A stretch of 64,000 nt of DNA from Takakia lepidozioides (lineage: Eukaryota > Plantae > Bryophyta), in NCBI GenBank assembly GCA_030704615.1, contig CM060734.1, positions 22,816,001 through 22,880,000 of the forward strand. The letters are read 5' to 3'. The notes under the pieces were generated by a model. The model did not search any database. It saw nothing but the letters and a program-made list of their open reading frames with translations, and had not been told where the DNA came from. The first letter of the stretch is position 1. Each line of letters begins with the position of its first letter. Shown piece after piece: positions 11,459-23,876 of this stretch. Made by a program: the position numbers and the translations under genes.

Positions 11459-14400
11459 TCTCCTCCCCCACGATCCAAGGTTGATGTCCCCATCATCGCT
11501 TCTTCCGCTTTTGAGGTCGCCCTTCGAAAGCTGCAACCACCTCGGATGCGTTTCTCATTTCTGAGGCACGCACCCAAGTTGCCTCCACTTGATGGTAGCC
11601 CTTCCATTTCACGAGATACTCCGTTTCTCAATTCTTGAACCTCCTCGACTTAAGCACTGCCTCCACCTCGTACTCGGGTTCATTTTCATGATCCAACAGC
11701 ACAGGTGACGGACGCAACACTTGATGCCGATTCGGACGCGCTTCATCTTTGAAGTAAGGCTTCAAAAGGGAAACGTGGAATACCGGATGCACCTTGCTGT
11801 TTTCCGGCAGCTCCAATTCATACACATCCTCATTCATAATCTTCCGAATGCGAAAGGGCCCCGCATACGGAAGTACGAACTTTGGACTCACTTCCGGAGG
11901 TAGTCGAAAATTCTTGATGTTCAACCAGACCTCCGTGCCTGCCTCAAACTTAACTTCCCTCCGCTTCTGATTCGCTTGCCGTTCATACCGTTTCCTAGCT
12001 TTGGCAATGTTGTACTTTGCGAGCTCCAACAAACGCTCGTGTTCTTCCAGCACCGCTGCTGCTGCCGGCTCCTCACCGTCCTGGGCGGCCCAACTTGTCG
12101 GCACCAAAGGTGCTTTTCCATAGACTAATACAAAAGGGGAAACTCCCATTGTGGAGTGTTTTGTGTTAATATAACAGAACTCTGCCCATCCAAGTGCTCC
12201 ACCCAGTTTGACTGGTCTGCCGACACATAATTCCGCAAGATCTGCTTCACCACGGAATTCACTCTTTCCGTTTGGCCGTCCGTTGTAGGTCGGAAGGCCG
12301 TGCTCATCTTGAGCCTCGTCCCCATTTTCTTCCAAAGTGCCCTCCAAAATTTACTTGTAAACTTTGGATCGCGGTCCGAGACAATATCCTTCGGGAGTCC
12401 ATGATGCTTGAAGACGTGGGCGAAGTAAAGTCGCCCCGTCTCCTGCGCCGTTGCCGTCTCCTTGGTGGGGATGAAATGACCCAATTTACTGAACCTATCC
12501 ACCACCACCATGATTGCATCGAATCCTTTTGACAGTGGCAAAGCAGTCATGAAATCCATCGAGACACTTTCCCAAGACCCCTCTGGAATCGGCAAGGGTT
12601 GTAACAGCCCCGCTTGCTTTTTGTACTCGCTCCAGTTTTGTTGGCATGTGGTGCATGTCTTGACATACTCCTCGGCCTCCTCCCTCAGTTTGGGCCAGAA
12701 ATACTCTTTCTTCAAGAGTGTCGTGGTGCGCTTGGCTCCGCCGTGGCCCGCAAGCGGGCCATCGTGGCATTCTCTCAAGAGACTATCTTTGATCCCTCCC
12801 TTCGGCACGTAGAGACACTTTTGCTTGTACCGGAGCAGTCCATTGTGCAAGTGAAACTGCAATTTAACCCCCAACCTCAAGTCCTGCATCACGGACTTCG
12901 CCATCTCATCCTTCCGGTAAGCCTTCCGGATCTTCCTTTGGAGCGTCGTCTTGCCCCTATACACCAACATGAGTTGTTGCTTTCTACTTAAAAGCATCGG
13001 CCACCACATTGTCCCGTCCCGGTTTGTACTGGATATCCACGTCGAACACTGCGAAAGTGTCTTGCCACCTAAGTTGTTTTGGGGACAACTTAGGCTGTGT
13101 GGCAAAATACTTCACCGTGACATTGTCTGTGAACACCTTCACCGGGTTGGAACCAACATAGTGGCGCCAAAGCTCAAGGCAATGCACCACCGCCTTCATT
13201 TCTTTCTCGTGCGTAGGCCACCATCGCTCCACTTCATTCAGTTTCTTACTTTCGTAAGCCACTGGACGTCCATCCTGCATGAGCACACCCCCGATTGCGA
13301 AGTCTGACGCATCTATATGAATCTCAAATGGACGGTCGAACTCCGGGATTTTCAAGACTGGAGCTTCCGCCATCCGCTGCTTCAACTCGGCAAAAGGTTG
13401 GCCACAAAAGGTGTTCCATACCCATACCTTGGACTTACATAGAAGGTCTGACAGCGGCCCCGCGATCTTGGCGAATTTTCTCACATACTTTCGGTAATAG
13501 GAGGCGAGTCCTAGGAAGGATCGCACTCCCGGGACCGAGTCGGAGGTTAATTTGCAATTTGAAGCTTTGGCATACAGCTTCCCTTCCCACAATTTCTGTA
13601 ACACCCTTTTGAGGTGCTCCAGGTGCTCTTCCTTTGTTTTCGAGTACATCAAGATGTCGTCGATGTACATGATCACAAAGTCATCCAACCACTCCTGAAA
13701 GAGGTAGTTCATCGGGTGCTAAAGGTTGTTGGCGCGTTGGTGAGCCCAAAAGGCATCACCAAAAATTTGTACGAGCCATACCTTGTCCTGCAAGCTGTCT
13801 TTTCCTCATCTCCTTCCGTTATCCAGATCTGGTGGTAACCCGAGCGTAAATCGATCCGGGCTGAAATACTTTGCTCCTGCCAACTGATCGAAGAGGTCGT
13901 TGATCCTTGGCAAAAGGTACCGGTTTTTTATAGTCACCTTATTCAGAGCCCTGTAATCCCCAGCGATCCGCATCGACGACACCAAGATGTCGTCGATGTA
14001 CACGATCACAAAGTCATCCAACCACTCCTGGAAAAGGTTGTTCATTAGCGTGCTAAAGGTCGTGGGTGCGTTGGTGAGCCCAAAAGGACTCATATGAACT
14101 CATAAGAACTCATATGAACCATATCTTGTCCTGCACGCGGTCTTCTCCTCATCTCCTTCCGCCACTCGGATTTGATGGTAATCTGAGCGCAAATCGATCC
14201 GGCTGAAATACTTTGCTTCTGCCAACCGATCGAAGAGGTCGTCGATCCTTGGCAAAGGGTACCAGTTTTTGATAGTCACCTTATTCAGAGCCCTGTAATC
14301 AACACACATCCGCAACGTTCCATCTTTTTTGTCTGCGAATAGCACCGGGGCTCCGTAAGGTGACTTACTCGGCCGGATGTACCCCTTTGACATTAGATCC

Positions 14401-15860
14401 TTGAGCTGGGCCTTCAACTCGACCAACTCTCTGTGGCTCAACTGGTAGGGTGCCTTGGCAGGCGGCTCCGATCCCGGTATCACCTCTATCTTGTGATCAA
14501 CTCCTCTTCGCAGTGGCAAACTGCTTGGTAAATCCTCCGGCATCACATCCTGGTATTTCTCCAGGATCCTCTTGATCCAATCTGGGCTCGGCTCCCTATC
14601 GACTTCTCCTTCCACTTGTCTCACGTAAAAACTGGGGTTTGTGTGGCTCCTCCACGGCCTACTCATTTGCTGTCAGCAGGTTTATTCGCCCTCCCACTCG
14701 GTTGGGCGTTTCTAACACCCGTAAAACTTCGCCACCATTCCCACACGGTAGCGTGACTATTCTCTTGCGGCCATCTATGATCGATCCGGATTTGCTCAAA
14801 AAGGTCATCCCCCAAATGAGATCCACTCCATCAATCTCGCAACTGGTCAAGTTCTCACGTCCCACCCAACTCCCCAGCTGAAGAGGAACATCGAACGCCA
14901 CCCTCATCGCCAGTTGCGGTTCTCCTTTGGCAGAACGCACTTCAATAGAAGCCCCCACATCACTTGTCGGGAGGCCCAGTTTCCGTGCCGTTGCCGGTGT
15001 CATGAAGGAGTGCGACACTCCTGTGTTCACCAACAACGACACGTTATTTCCGGAAATTATCCCACTCACGAACATGAACTGACTCCCTTTACGTAAGGGG
15101 CCAGTCTCTTGATACAACTCACAAGAGTAGTTGCCTACCTTGCAAGTCTTGGCAACCACCGCTTCCACCAAGCGACTGATGGAATCTTTGGACAGCTCCG
15201 TGGTCGCCCGAGTCATGTTCAATTGTCTGGCTTTTGCGCACTTCTTGGCTATGTGCCCGGGCTCCCCGCAATTAAAGCACACTCCATCGAAGGTTGCCTT
15301 CTGTCCGCCATAAGCCGCCGCATCTGATTTTTCTTTTGGAGCACCGGGTGCCGCCTTGACGTGCGAAGGCCCTCCCTTCGATTTCCATGTGCCATTGTCG
15401 CCGCGTGGCCTATCCCACTTCTTTTCCGGTCGGAAAGAGTCACCCTCCCACCGGATCTTCTTGTGGTTAAGCTCCGTACGGCCCTGTCTTTCGCCCCTAG
15501 GGACATCCGAGAAACATTCAGCCCTTTCAATTGCCTCGTTCAAAGTCTTAGGTGGCTTCTCCTCCAACTTCTGCTTGGCCCATGGGGCCAGTCCCGCCAC
15601 AAAGTTGAAGACCATTTCTGGTTCCGCCATATCCGCGACTTGGAGCAACAGCACATTGAAAGCCTGAACATATCCCCGAATGTCATCCGTTTGCTTCAAA
15701 TTCCTCATCTTGTCTCGGGCAAGCTAGGACACGTTGAGGGGCACAAACTGTATTTTCATAAGTTCCTTGAACCCACTCCAGCTCAAGGTTTCTGGGTCTG
15801 GACCTTGGTCATGAAGGCGTTTCTGCCACCATTGTTGAACATAGCCCCTCACAGAGCGTC
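10915..15860 (-). mobile_element. 5'-truncated, degenerate Ty3/gypsy chromovirus (gag-PR-RT-RH-INT-chromodomain plus 3' LTR)
   Basis: Gag QQWW..., zinc knuckle [62 protein letters not shown] plus SMDF/VSDRD, GPF motif, chromodomain EYEVEAV...EYLVKWKGY ending at 11493, and PPT GGGGGAGGAGA. Confidence 0.93.
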
Positions 15861-15869
15861 TAGTTAGGC

Positions 15870-16490
15870 ACTGTGTAGCTGTGAATGAGTTACCATACAA
15901 TATATAGTAGGCTGGAATGAGTTTGTTGAAATATGAACTATTGGGGTTGTGTGTGTTGAGTTTAGTTTCTTGTAATAGGATGATATGCGGGGGTCATGTA
16001 GAATCCGTAAGATGGATAAGGCTTTGAATGCTGGTGGCCAGTGATCCTACAGGCTGCAAGAGAGGGGGGATGAGATGAGTTGTGTGTTGACATTATAGCG
16101 AGCTGAGAAACTAGGTGGAAGTTCAGCAGGTAGGTGGGGTGATGGGATAACCAGACAACCATAAGAAGAATTGGAGAAGCATATCCGTATATGATGGTAT
16201 TAGGCTGGGTGGCTTTCTTTGGACAAAAAGCATAGCCATTAGTAAGGTGATAAGAGCGTACAACATTTTCCTGGCTAACATGATTTAGAGCAGTGACATT
16301 AGACCACGATAGACAGCAGGCATGGAGAGCAGCATGGGGGGCACATTGATCAAAAGGGCAGGTGACTTCCCTGGATGGAGCATTGGGATAATTAGTGGTA
16401 GTGAGCTGCATGTTGTAGTTATGAGATGGTGGCCGAGTAAATGATATCGGCCACTCTTTGTTCCCAATGAGGGTAAGATCCCAGTCAAAC
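15870..16490 (-). mobile_element. Degenerate LINE fragment (APE endonuclease region) related to the LINE at 48.7-53.4 kb
   Basis: FDWDLTLIGNKEWPISFTRPPSH resembles FNKDVALLGHTFNGTHRPPSQ of the other LINE. It has the same C/A-rich coding-strand composition. Confidence 0.45.
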
Positions 16491-18420
16491 ACTTGACGTG
16501 CATCCTCTATACTCCCGCATGTGGCATAAATATCAACATGGGTGTTCTCCATATTGATATCTGGCGCAGTTCCAGCCTTGAAGATGTTCATATGGACCTG
16601 TTTGCCTTCCTGCAGCGCACCTTGGCTTGCACACGCATTGAGAATGCAAATGAAAAAGACCATGTCAGGAATCAGCCCTTCCCTCATCATTTGCTCATAG
16701 ATCTCGAAAGCCTCTTTCCCACATCCATGCTTCGCATACCCTGCTAACATGATGTTCCAAGAGCACCCAGTTTGTTCAGGCATTTTGTCGAACACTTGGT
16801 AGGCATCCGGCGGGCATCCAGCGGGCATCCACACTTGGCATATATGTTGACAAGGGTTTGTCTCTCCACCTCTAGTATAGTCTGCTGCTGCTGCTGTTGC
16901 AGCTCTTTCTCTTTCATTATAATTCCAGCTTTGACGATGTCGCCATGGACTTCTTTGCCCTTTACCCGAGCTGCCAGGGTAGTGTTCAGAATGACATTTG
17001 GTACAGCTCCTGCTTTGATGATGTCAGCAAGCCCACCTTTTGCATACATGTCCACCAGGGTATTGTTCAGAATGACAGTTAGTACAATTCCAGCTCTGTC
17101 GCCATGGACCTCTATGTCCTTTTCCAGATCTGTCAGGGCAGTGTGCAGAATGACATTTGGAACAACTACAACTTTGATGATGTCATCAGGTACAGCTTTG
17201 CGCTTTTCCATGGCAGGCAGGCTCTTGTGATGTGTCGGGGGACTGTGGGTGATAAGCAGAGCTGAGTGAAACAGAGACGAGTTGAGGCATAGAGGCAAAG
17301 AACCTTGTGTATGCTGAGGTGAGTCCATCTCTAGCATGGTTTGCTGCTGTAGCCGCCGCTCTTTCTCTTTCGAGCGCAGCCAGTTCTCCCGCTGCATCAC
17401 ACGCTCCTTAGACCTCAACTATGGCGCTCCATGAGACCACCGTTCGGAAAGTCATGTTGTAAAATACATGGCATGCATCTAATTTCAAGCAACCACTTGT
17501 GTAATTCATGGCAGTGGGGGCAGTCTCTAGAATACTAACAGATTCAATTACTGCTTGGACGATGTTAGTATGCACCACTTTGCCCTTTCGTGATGTCGTG
17601 AAAGCCTTATGCCAGAACCATGTTCAGCATATTCAGATATCCTTGAACACATGAAGAGTGGGGGGAGAGGTAAAGGGTATGGGATACCAGCCTGAAATGC
17701 CCTCATATTAGGAATAGTCTGGTTTTGTAAGGTCTCTTCATCTTCACGTTGCCAAATCTGCAGCTCCTGCTCTTCCCTGGCTGGTCTGCCCTGCTGTCGT
17801 GGCACTGGGAGAGCTCTGCTCAAGATGCTGTAGTTACTTATGATGCTTAAGCGACTGTCAAGCACACTGCTGCGCCTTTGTAGAGCATATCCTACGATCA
17901 TTGCATTCCAGGAGACCACGTCTTGTTGTGCCCTGTTGTCAAACACTTGACATGTAACCTCTACACTCCCGCAATGGCATACATGTCAACAAGGGTGTTC
18001 ACCAGATTGATATCCGGGACAATTCCAGCTTTGAAGATGTCATCATGGAACACTTTGTCTTTCTGCAGCGCACCTTGGCTTGCACACCCATTGAAGAAGA
18101 ATGGTTCAACTGAAAGATCTCTGTTTAGGGTGCTGTAGGCATTTATGATGCATAAATGACAATCAGACACATTGTTGTGCCCTTGTTGAGCATATCCTTC
18201 GATCATTGCATTCCAAGAGATCACGATCTGTTGTGCTACATTGTCCAGCACTTGACGCGCAACCTCTATACTCGGGCATTTTGTAAACAAATCAACAGGA
18301 ATGTTCACCATAATAGTATCCGGCATAATTCCAGCTTTGAAAATGTCATCATGGCCCACTTTGCTTTTCTGCAGCGCACCTTGGCTTGCACACGCATTCC
18401 AAGAGAATGGTTCAATTTAA
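16491..18420 (-). pseudogene. Scrambled cluster of PLS-class pentatricopeptide-repeat (PPR) fragments
   Basis: Repeated motifs ACASQGALQEGKQVH, LVDMYAKCG, ARQVFD and VVSWNAMI.GYA. There are several internal duplications, frameshifts and poly-Q inserts. No E/DYW domain was seen. Confidence 0.85.
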
Positions 18421-18749
18421 AGATCTTTGCTTAAGATCTCTGCTGTACTGCTAGTATCAGTGGCTGACTTGGGCTCTGATGTAGCAGTTGAGGCAACACT
18501 GGGAGAGTTAATTTTCTCCATCTCAATATGCCTGGAAAAGAGATCCTCCCCTCCATCATCTGAAAGTGTAGGCATTTTGGAACCATGTATCCCATGCTCA
18601 CGTTCAAAGGTAAAATCAATAGGCAGATGGCGGAACTGAGTAGAGTTGGGGCGAGTGAACAAGGTAGAGATCATGACAAGCGGTGAGGTCCTTGGCAAGG
18701 GGGTCACCTGATGTTGGGTCGGGGATATGTCAACCATGTGTGCATCACC

Positions 18750-20110
18750 TCTGAGAGCCTTTACCCGCACCTTGACATATACAAGTTGAGGTGTTGCAGA
18801 TCGTTGAAAAATCCAAAATCGCCTTGACGCCTTGAAGCAGACCAAGGACGTGGGGAGCCTTTCCTTCCTCCCCAATCATAAACAGGTTGTGGAGCAGGCG
18901 TGGATCCAGCTGCTGCTGTTTGTAAGTCGTAGAGAGCCCAATGATTGCCGTCGAGGTTAGAACTTCAGACTTCATTATAGATGGTGTTAAGCTGGAGAAG
19001 TACAGATGCAAGGCCCTGGTGGTGGGATGTGAAGACCAGGTTTGGTTGACCCGCATTAGAGTAGTAGCTTGCATCTGCGTCTTGTGAGCTTGGAAGCATG
19101 GCTCGGAGAGGGCCAAGCGAGTGGAGCTCATACATAACTCTATCGTATGGGAACCCAAATTGTAGCGCATGTGGGTAATAGTGTCGGCTGCTTGGTCTGA
19201 TAGCACCTGTGTCATCGTGTTGCCACCATAGCAAAGGACTCTTTTGGGTCCATGATGATCCACAACACTCGTAGGATGGCAGCCTTGTGTAATTTTGATC
19301 AAGCAGAGAGGGGGTTTGGAAGTGTAGCACCTGGTACATTCGGACTTGGCCCAAGGTAGACAAACAATGATGGCCTGCTGCTGATACGAGTTGGGAGTGT
19401 CGGAGCAAGGGTCTAGTTGAAAATAAGGGGCGGGAGAGGTTGGGCAGTCCACCTCCTACTCCCATCGCCGATGGCCTCTGATACCAAATTCGTCGATTGA
19501 AGTTCAGACGGTCTCCAGAGGTGAGAGTGAAGCCCCTAGCCTCTACACGGTGAAACCACGAACCAGAAAATGGGCAGTAGCCGCTTCAAAATCCCTGCTC
19601 TTCCTCCAAGACAAACGAACGTAGGTTGTAACGCTGATGTGATGTCTGCATGCTTGTAGCTTGGGACTGTGAGGTTGTAAAGATCGGCTTGAGAAGAAAG
19701 TACCTCGTGCTTGAGATTGTGACAGGTAGACAGAAACGCCATCGCAGTGTTGGCGAGTGTGTATACATACTGTCCGGTGCGAGAAGCCACATAGTGCTGC
19801 GTAGGAAGCTTCGCTGACTCATGGAAGAGGGGTATCGAGCTCAAAGTAGTGAGCACATAGTGATGTGAATGGATGCCTGCGCGAGTATATCTGTCGCATC
19901 GTAGCTCCTTGCTTGATATAAAGGTGGGGGGTGCCAGGGCTTCCATCTGCGTATAGAACCATCGTCACAAGCGCAGAGCGGTGGCGGCGGTGGAGTGTGG
20001 TGCTAGAAAGATAGTTAGGGTGAGAGTAGCCGAGCTGACATAAAAGGAGGAGGGATAGAACGTAAAAGCTAAAAGTATAGCAAAACCCTAAATAATAAGT
20101 CATGGTTACA
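18750..20110 (-). mobile_element. 5' LTR (~19490-20110), PBS and degenerate gag of another LTR retrotransposon
   Basis: The minus strand starts TGTAACC at 20110. The tRNA-iMet PBS TGGTATCAGAG is at 19486-19476, and a gag-like LLWW remnant lies downstream. The LTR differs from that of the chromovirus. Confidence 0.65.
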
Positions 20111-20197
20111 GAGTTTAGCGACGAAAACGGTGGGAGGGCGGGCGGAGCTCCGCCCTCGTGGAGCTCTCTCGCTTGAATCCTCTCTTAAGTAGCGTAC

Positions 20198-20457
20198 CAT
20201 TTGTGAGTAATGAAGCTGTCGTCATTGGGAACTGACAGATTTAGATCTCATTTTTGACTCTTGTAAAGTGCGAAATTTGTAGGGGCATGTGGGTGTTGTT
20301 TATCTCCTTCAATAAAATCCTCCAGGCGGTCCCAAATATGCGCAATAATACAGTTCACCTTCTTTCCACCTCCCCACCGTGTTTGTGGAATCCATTTCAA
20401 ATCCCCAAACCTAAACACTTTAGAAGTAGGATTTTGTACTTCAAAGCGTTTTGCCAT
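20198..20457 (-). pseudogene. Second isolated first exon of the SWIM/MULE-like (AT4G13970-type) family
   Basis: FEVQNPTSKVFRFGDLKW...IWDRLEDFIEGDKQHPHAPTNF matches the recalled LPVQNP..EFS..DL.W...IP..RV.DF..GE. It ends at a phase-2 GT donor equivalent to that in the 3.2-3.9 kb copy. Confidence 0.65.
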
Positions 20458-21057
20458 GTAAGCTTCTGCAACTACATCCTCAATGCAATGAAAGATATTT
20501 AGAGCGAGCTCAGAGGCTCCTAGTCCATGCCTTCTATTGCCGCGTTTATTCTAGAAATTGAGAAGAAGACATATTATGAAAACTAGATTAGGAACAAATG
20601 TATAAAATCCTCAAAATGCTATTGTGTGAAAGAGTGAGAGAGAGAAAGAAAGAGATAGAGAGAGAGAGGGAGGGAGAAGGAAAAACCATAGAAAAAGAGA
20701 CAAAAGAGAATATAAATTAATCTAAACTTGAATTGAAATGAATATCTAGGTTGTACTATGAAAATGAATAAGAGTGAGAGTGAGAAAGAGAAACAAAGAG
20801 ATCCAACCTAAAATTGAACGAAAATGTCTACCTACAAGTAGTTGTTAACACACTATCTGCAAGTAATTATCAACACAAAAGAAAAACCTTGTATTTGTGG
20901 TTCTTCTTTGCACCTCCTCTTCCACCTTCTCCTTTCCTTCTCCGAATTAATAGAAGCTGATGATGATGATGCATGAAAGAGAAAGCTGTTGAAGCTCGGT
21001 AGCAAAGCTGGTCGACAAGGTCTACGTTGATGGAAAGAGAGACGAAAAAAAGTGGAT

Positions 21058-21195
21058 TGGGTTGAGGGTTAGGTTAAGGTCAGGTTAGGGTCAGGATTAG
21101 GTTAGGTTAGGGTTGGATCAGGTCGGGTTAGGCCAGGCTAGGGTTGAGGGTCAGGTCAGATTGGGGTTAGGTTAGGTTAGTTGGGGGGTTAAGAT
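21058..21195 (+). repeat. Degenerate (GGTTA/GGTCA/GGGTTA)n array
   Basis: Run of imperfect 5-6-bp units, likely a TE subterminal repeat. Confidence 0.7.
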
Positions 21196-21727
21196 AGGCG
21201 TGGGCCAGGAGGGTCTCGGGCAGGAGGGCTGGGGCGGGCAGGAATGAGGAGGGGCTGTAAAGGGCCCCAAGCGTTCCAGGAGGGCCTGTCCCCTCTGCAG
21301 CGTGTGGCCTCATAACGACGAGGCCACACAAAATTCAGAGGCTGTTCGGGCCCGTCAAAGATAGGCAAGTGACAATCTGGTTGTACCTCTGTTGTGTGCT
21401 GTCTTTTCGTGCAACATCTTTGCAGGAGTCTGCGTATAACCGGCTCTTAACTGGTTTCTCGCACGGCTTGCAAGCGAGTTTTTGCATCGGAAAATCTCTT
21501 GAAGAAACGAGTCCTTGGTGATTACCTTGGGCGTTCGAGGGGAACTACTGTGTCCAACCACACGAATCAGTAGTAATTCAGGGCGGGGGATGCTCTGAGG
21601 TGGGATTAGGGTTAGGGTCCCTGACCCCCAAGGGACAGGTGCCATCATAGCGCGCGTGGGCGTCACTATTGAGCGTATCAGGGTACATAAAGGGGGCAGC
21701 AAACGCAGGCGCAAGAAACGGAGAGGG

Positions 21728-23840
21728 ATGGATGTAGATCCCCGCGAATACGAAAGTGTGGTACACCCTGCTCTGCCCTGCTCTGCATTTTCTAGACATC
21801 CTGTGAAAGCGTGAATTTGTATAATATTTGGGATTCTCGGTATTGTGATGTCTCAAGATAATAGAATTGGGAGAGGTCCTCTGTTGACTTGTGACACGGA
21901 GGTGGTATGACAGGCAGAAATTTGGAAAGGAGTCGGATGGATATAGACTCATAGCATGGTGTTATGTGATCTCTATGAAGGAAACTTACGAACTTGAGCT
22001 GTGGCTTGCTTCGCACACCCACAATTAGGGTTCAACATTCTGCCTGATACTCCTTCTTGGAAGGGGTATGTTGCAGGACCTGGATGTGCCTCTATTTGGC
22101 ATTCCTAACACTGCCCATAAGCTCTTGGCGCAGAAAAAAATCACTCCCCATCATCTTCCACTCGGGTTGCTGCTGGTAAAGCCTTAGCAACCTGACCCAA
22201 TACAACTGTAGTTAGTGACCATGAGAAGAGGCACCAAAGCTGGCACTCTGAACTCCTTTGCAAGAGTTGCACGATATGTCAAGGTGAATTTGCAGCATTT
22301 GAAGGAAACAATGAAAAATGACTGGCACGTTGATGTACCAATGATGGTTGTTGTTCCATGACTGTTTTCCAGGTAATAGGACTTGTGGTTGTTATAGATC
22401 GGTTATTAATGGAAATAATCCTCACTGAGACCCTTTGAACGTTCAGGCTGTAGAAAGTAAACAGGAATGGGTGTCCCTATGGGACCCGTATCTGATTTGG
22501 AACTGTAGAGGCCTCTCTCACCTCTTAGAGTCACCCTTCAGTCAAAAGTTTGGGTTAGACAGTTCAGTCTGAAACTAGAGGTTACACTAAGCATAATCAC
22601 CAATGTCATAGTAAGAGGTCATCATGCAGCAGACGGCAAGAGACAAACACTGACCAGACTGAATGTGCAGTCTACATTTGTTTTCCTTAAGAGGTGTTCT
22701 ACACGATCTAAGAGTTATCCACCAGGATGAGCCAGGTCACAAAGGCTGCATGGATAGTCAATATTTTTGGTTAGTTAGGCAATAGACAGCCAGCTTTCGA
22801 AAGCAGCTGAAAGAAGCTGGCATTAATCTATATTTGAGTCACTGATTGGGTGGGTGGTGTGTTCTCCATTTTTCGTGGGTGGGATGGGGGGGCAGAAGGT
22901 GAGTGACAGCGAGGTGCGCAAGATCGTGCTTTCATATTTGGTGCACAACTGCTTCAAGGAGACAGCTGACACATTCATTGCATGCTCCGGCATGAAACGC
23001 ACTGCCGACTGTTCAGTTGATATCGACAAGCGGAAACGTGTGTTCCTGCGTGCGTATACCACCGTTCAGAGTCTTGATCACTGAGAGTTTTGTATTATGC
23101 TGTTAATTAATCTAAACAACCAGACGCCCTGTGACAAGGGAATCAAACGTTTGCTTGTTGGCTGCTGGGGCTGCCACAGCAAAGCTCAAGCAGTCCGCAG
23201 TTGCTGCCCTATTAAGGGCATGTCCCTGGTTACAAGAGTCCATCCTCTGATGAGTTTTTGGGCATTCAAGCAGGAATTTCAGTTGATGGCAGGCTCACGG
23301 GAAGTTGTGTGTACTGAAACATTTGTATCCCTTTATGGGACATGCAGCAATATACAACCATGTGTTGGAGGGCAACGTGTTGGAGGCAATTGAGCTGACG
23401 AATCAACTGGCAGTTGACCTACTCCCTTCAAACAAGGATGTCCACTTTGATCTTCTGACTCTCCACTTCGTAGAACTTGTCCGTGCCAAGAACTGGTACG
23501 GGAAACATCCTGAACATCATAAGTATGAGAGATTCTATTAATGTCTGACATGTTTCATCTAATAGTTGAGGCCACTCGCAGCTTAGTTCTTAGAATCAAC
23601 CAGCATTGTGCTTGAGTACCTTGTGGTCAACATTGAAGGCTATACTATGTGATTATGGACATAGAAGTTCATGATTTGGGAAAATTTGCGGGGTCTTGGA
23701 CTGTGGCCTTTTAAGTAACATTCTGTGGTCTGTCAGAAAGTGGGATGTTCTAGATCTGGAAAAAGTTTTAAGCAAGCTTGGCTGAGAGTTCTGAAAGCCA
23801 ACTTGGATCTAATTCCAGCACCTTCACTGAAGCTGAAAAC

Positions 23841-23876
<36 letters not shown>

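Noticed and set aside
15962-16834. 290-aa ORF as a real PPR gene with a novel C-terminus
   Set aside because: It is a chance in-frame join of a PPR fragment with degenerate LINE-like sequence.
19490-20110. Missing 5' LTR of the chromovirus at 10915-15860
   Set aside because: The sequence does not match the 10915-11458 LTR.
21058-21195. Interstitial telomeric repeat
   Set aside because: Units are mostly GGTTA/GGTCA pentamers, not TTTAGGG or clean TTAGGG runs.
21303-21330. Hairpin GTGTGGCCTC...GAGGCCACAC as a Helitron 3' end
   Set aside because: There is no CTRR terminus at the expected distance on either strand.
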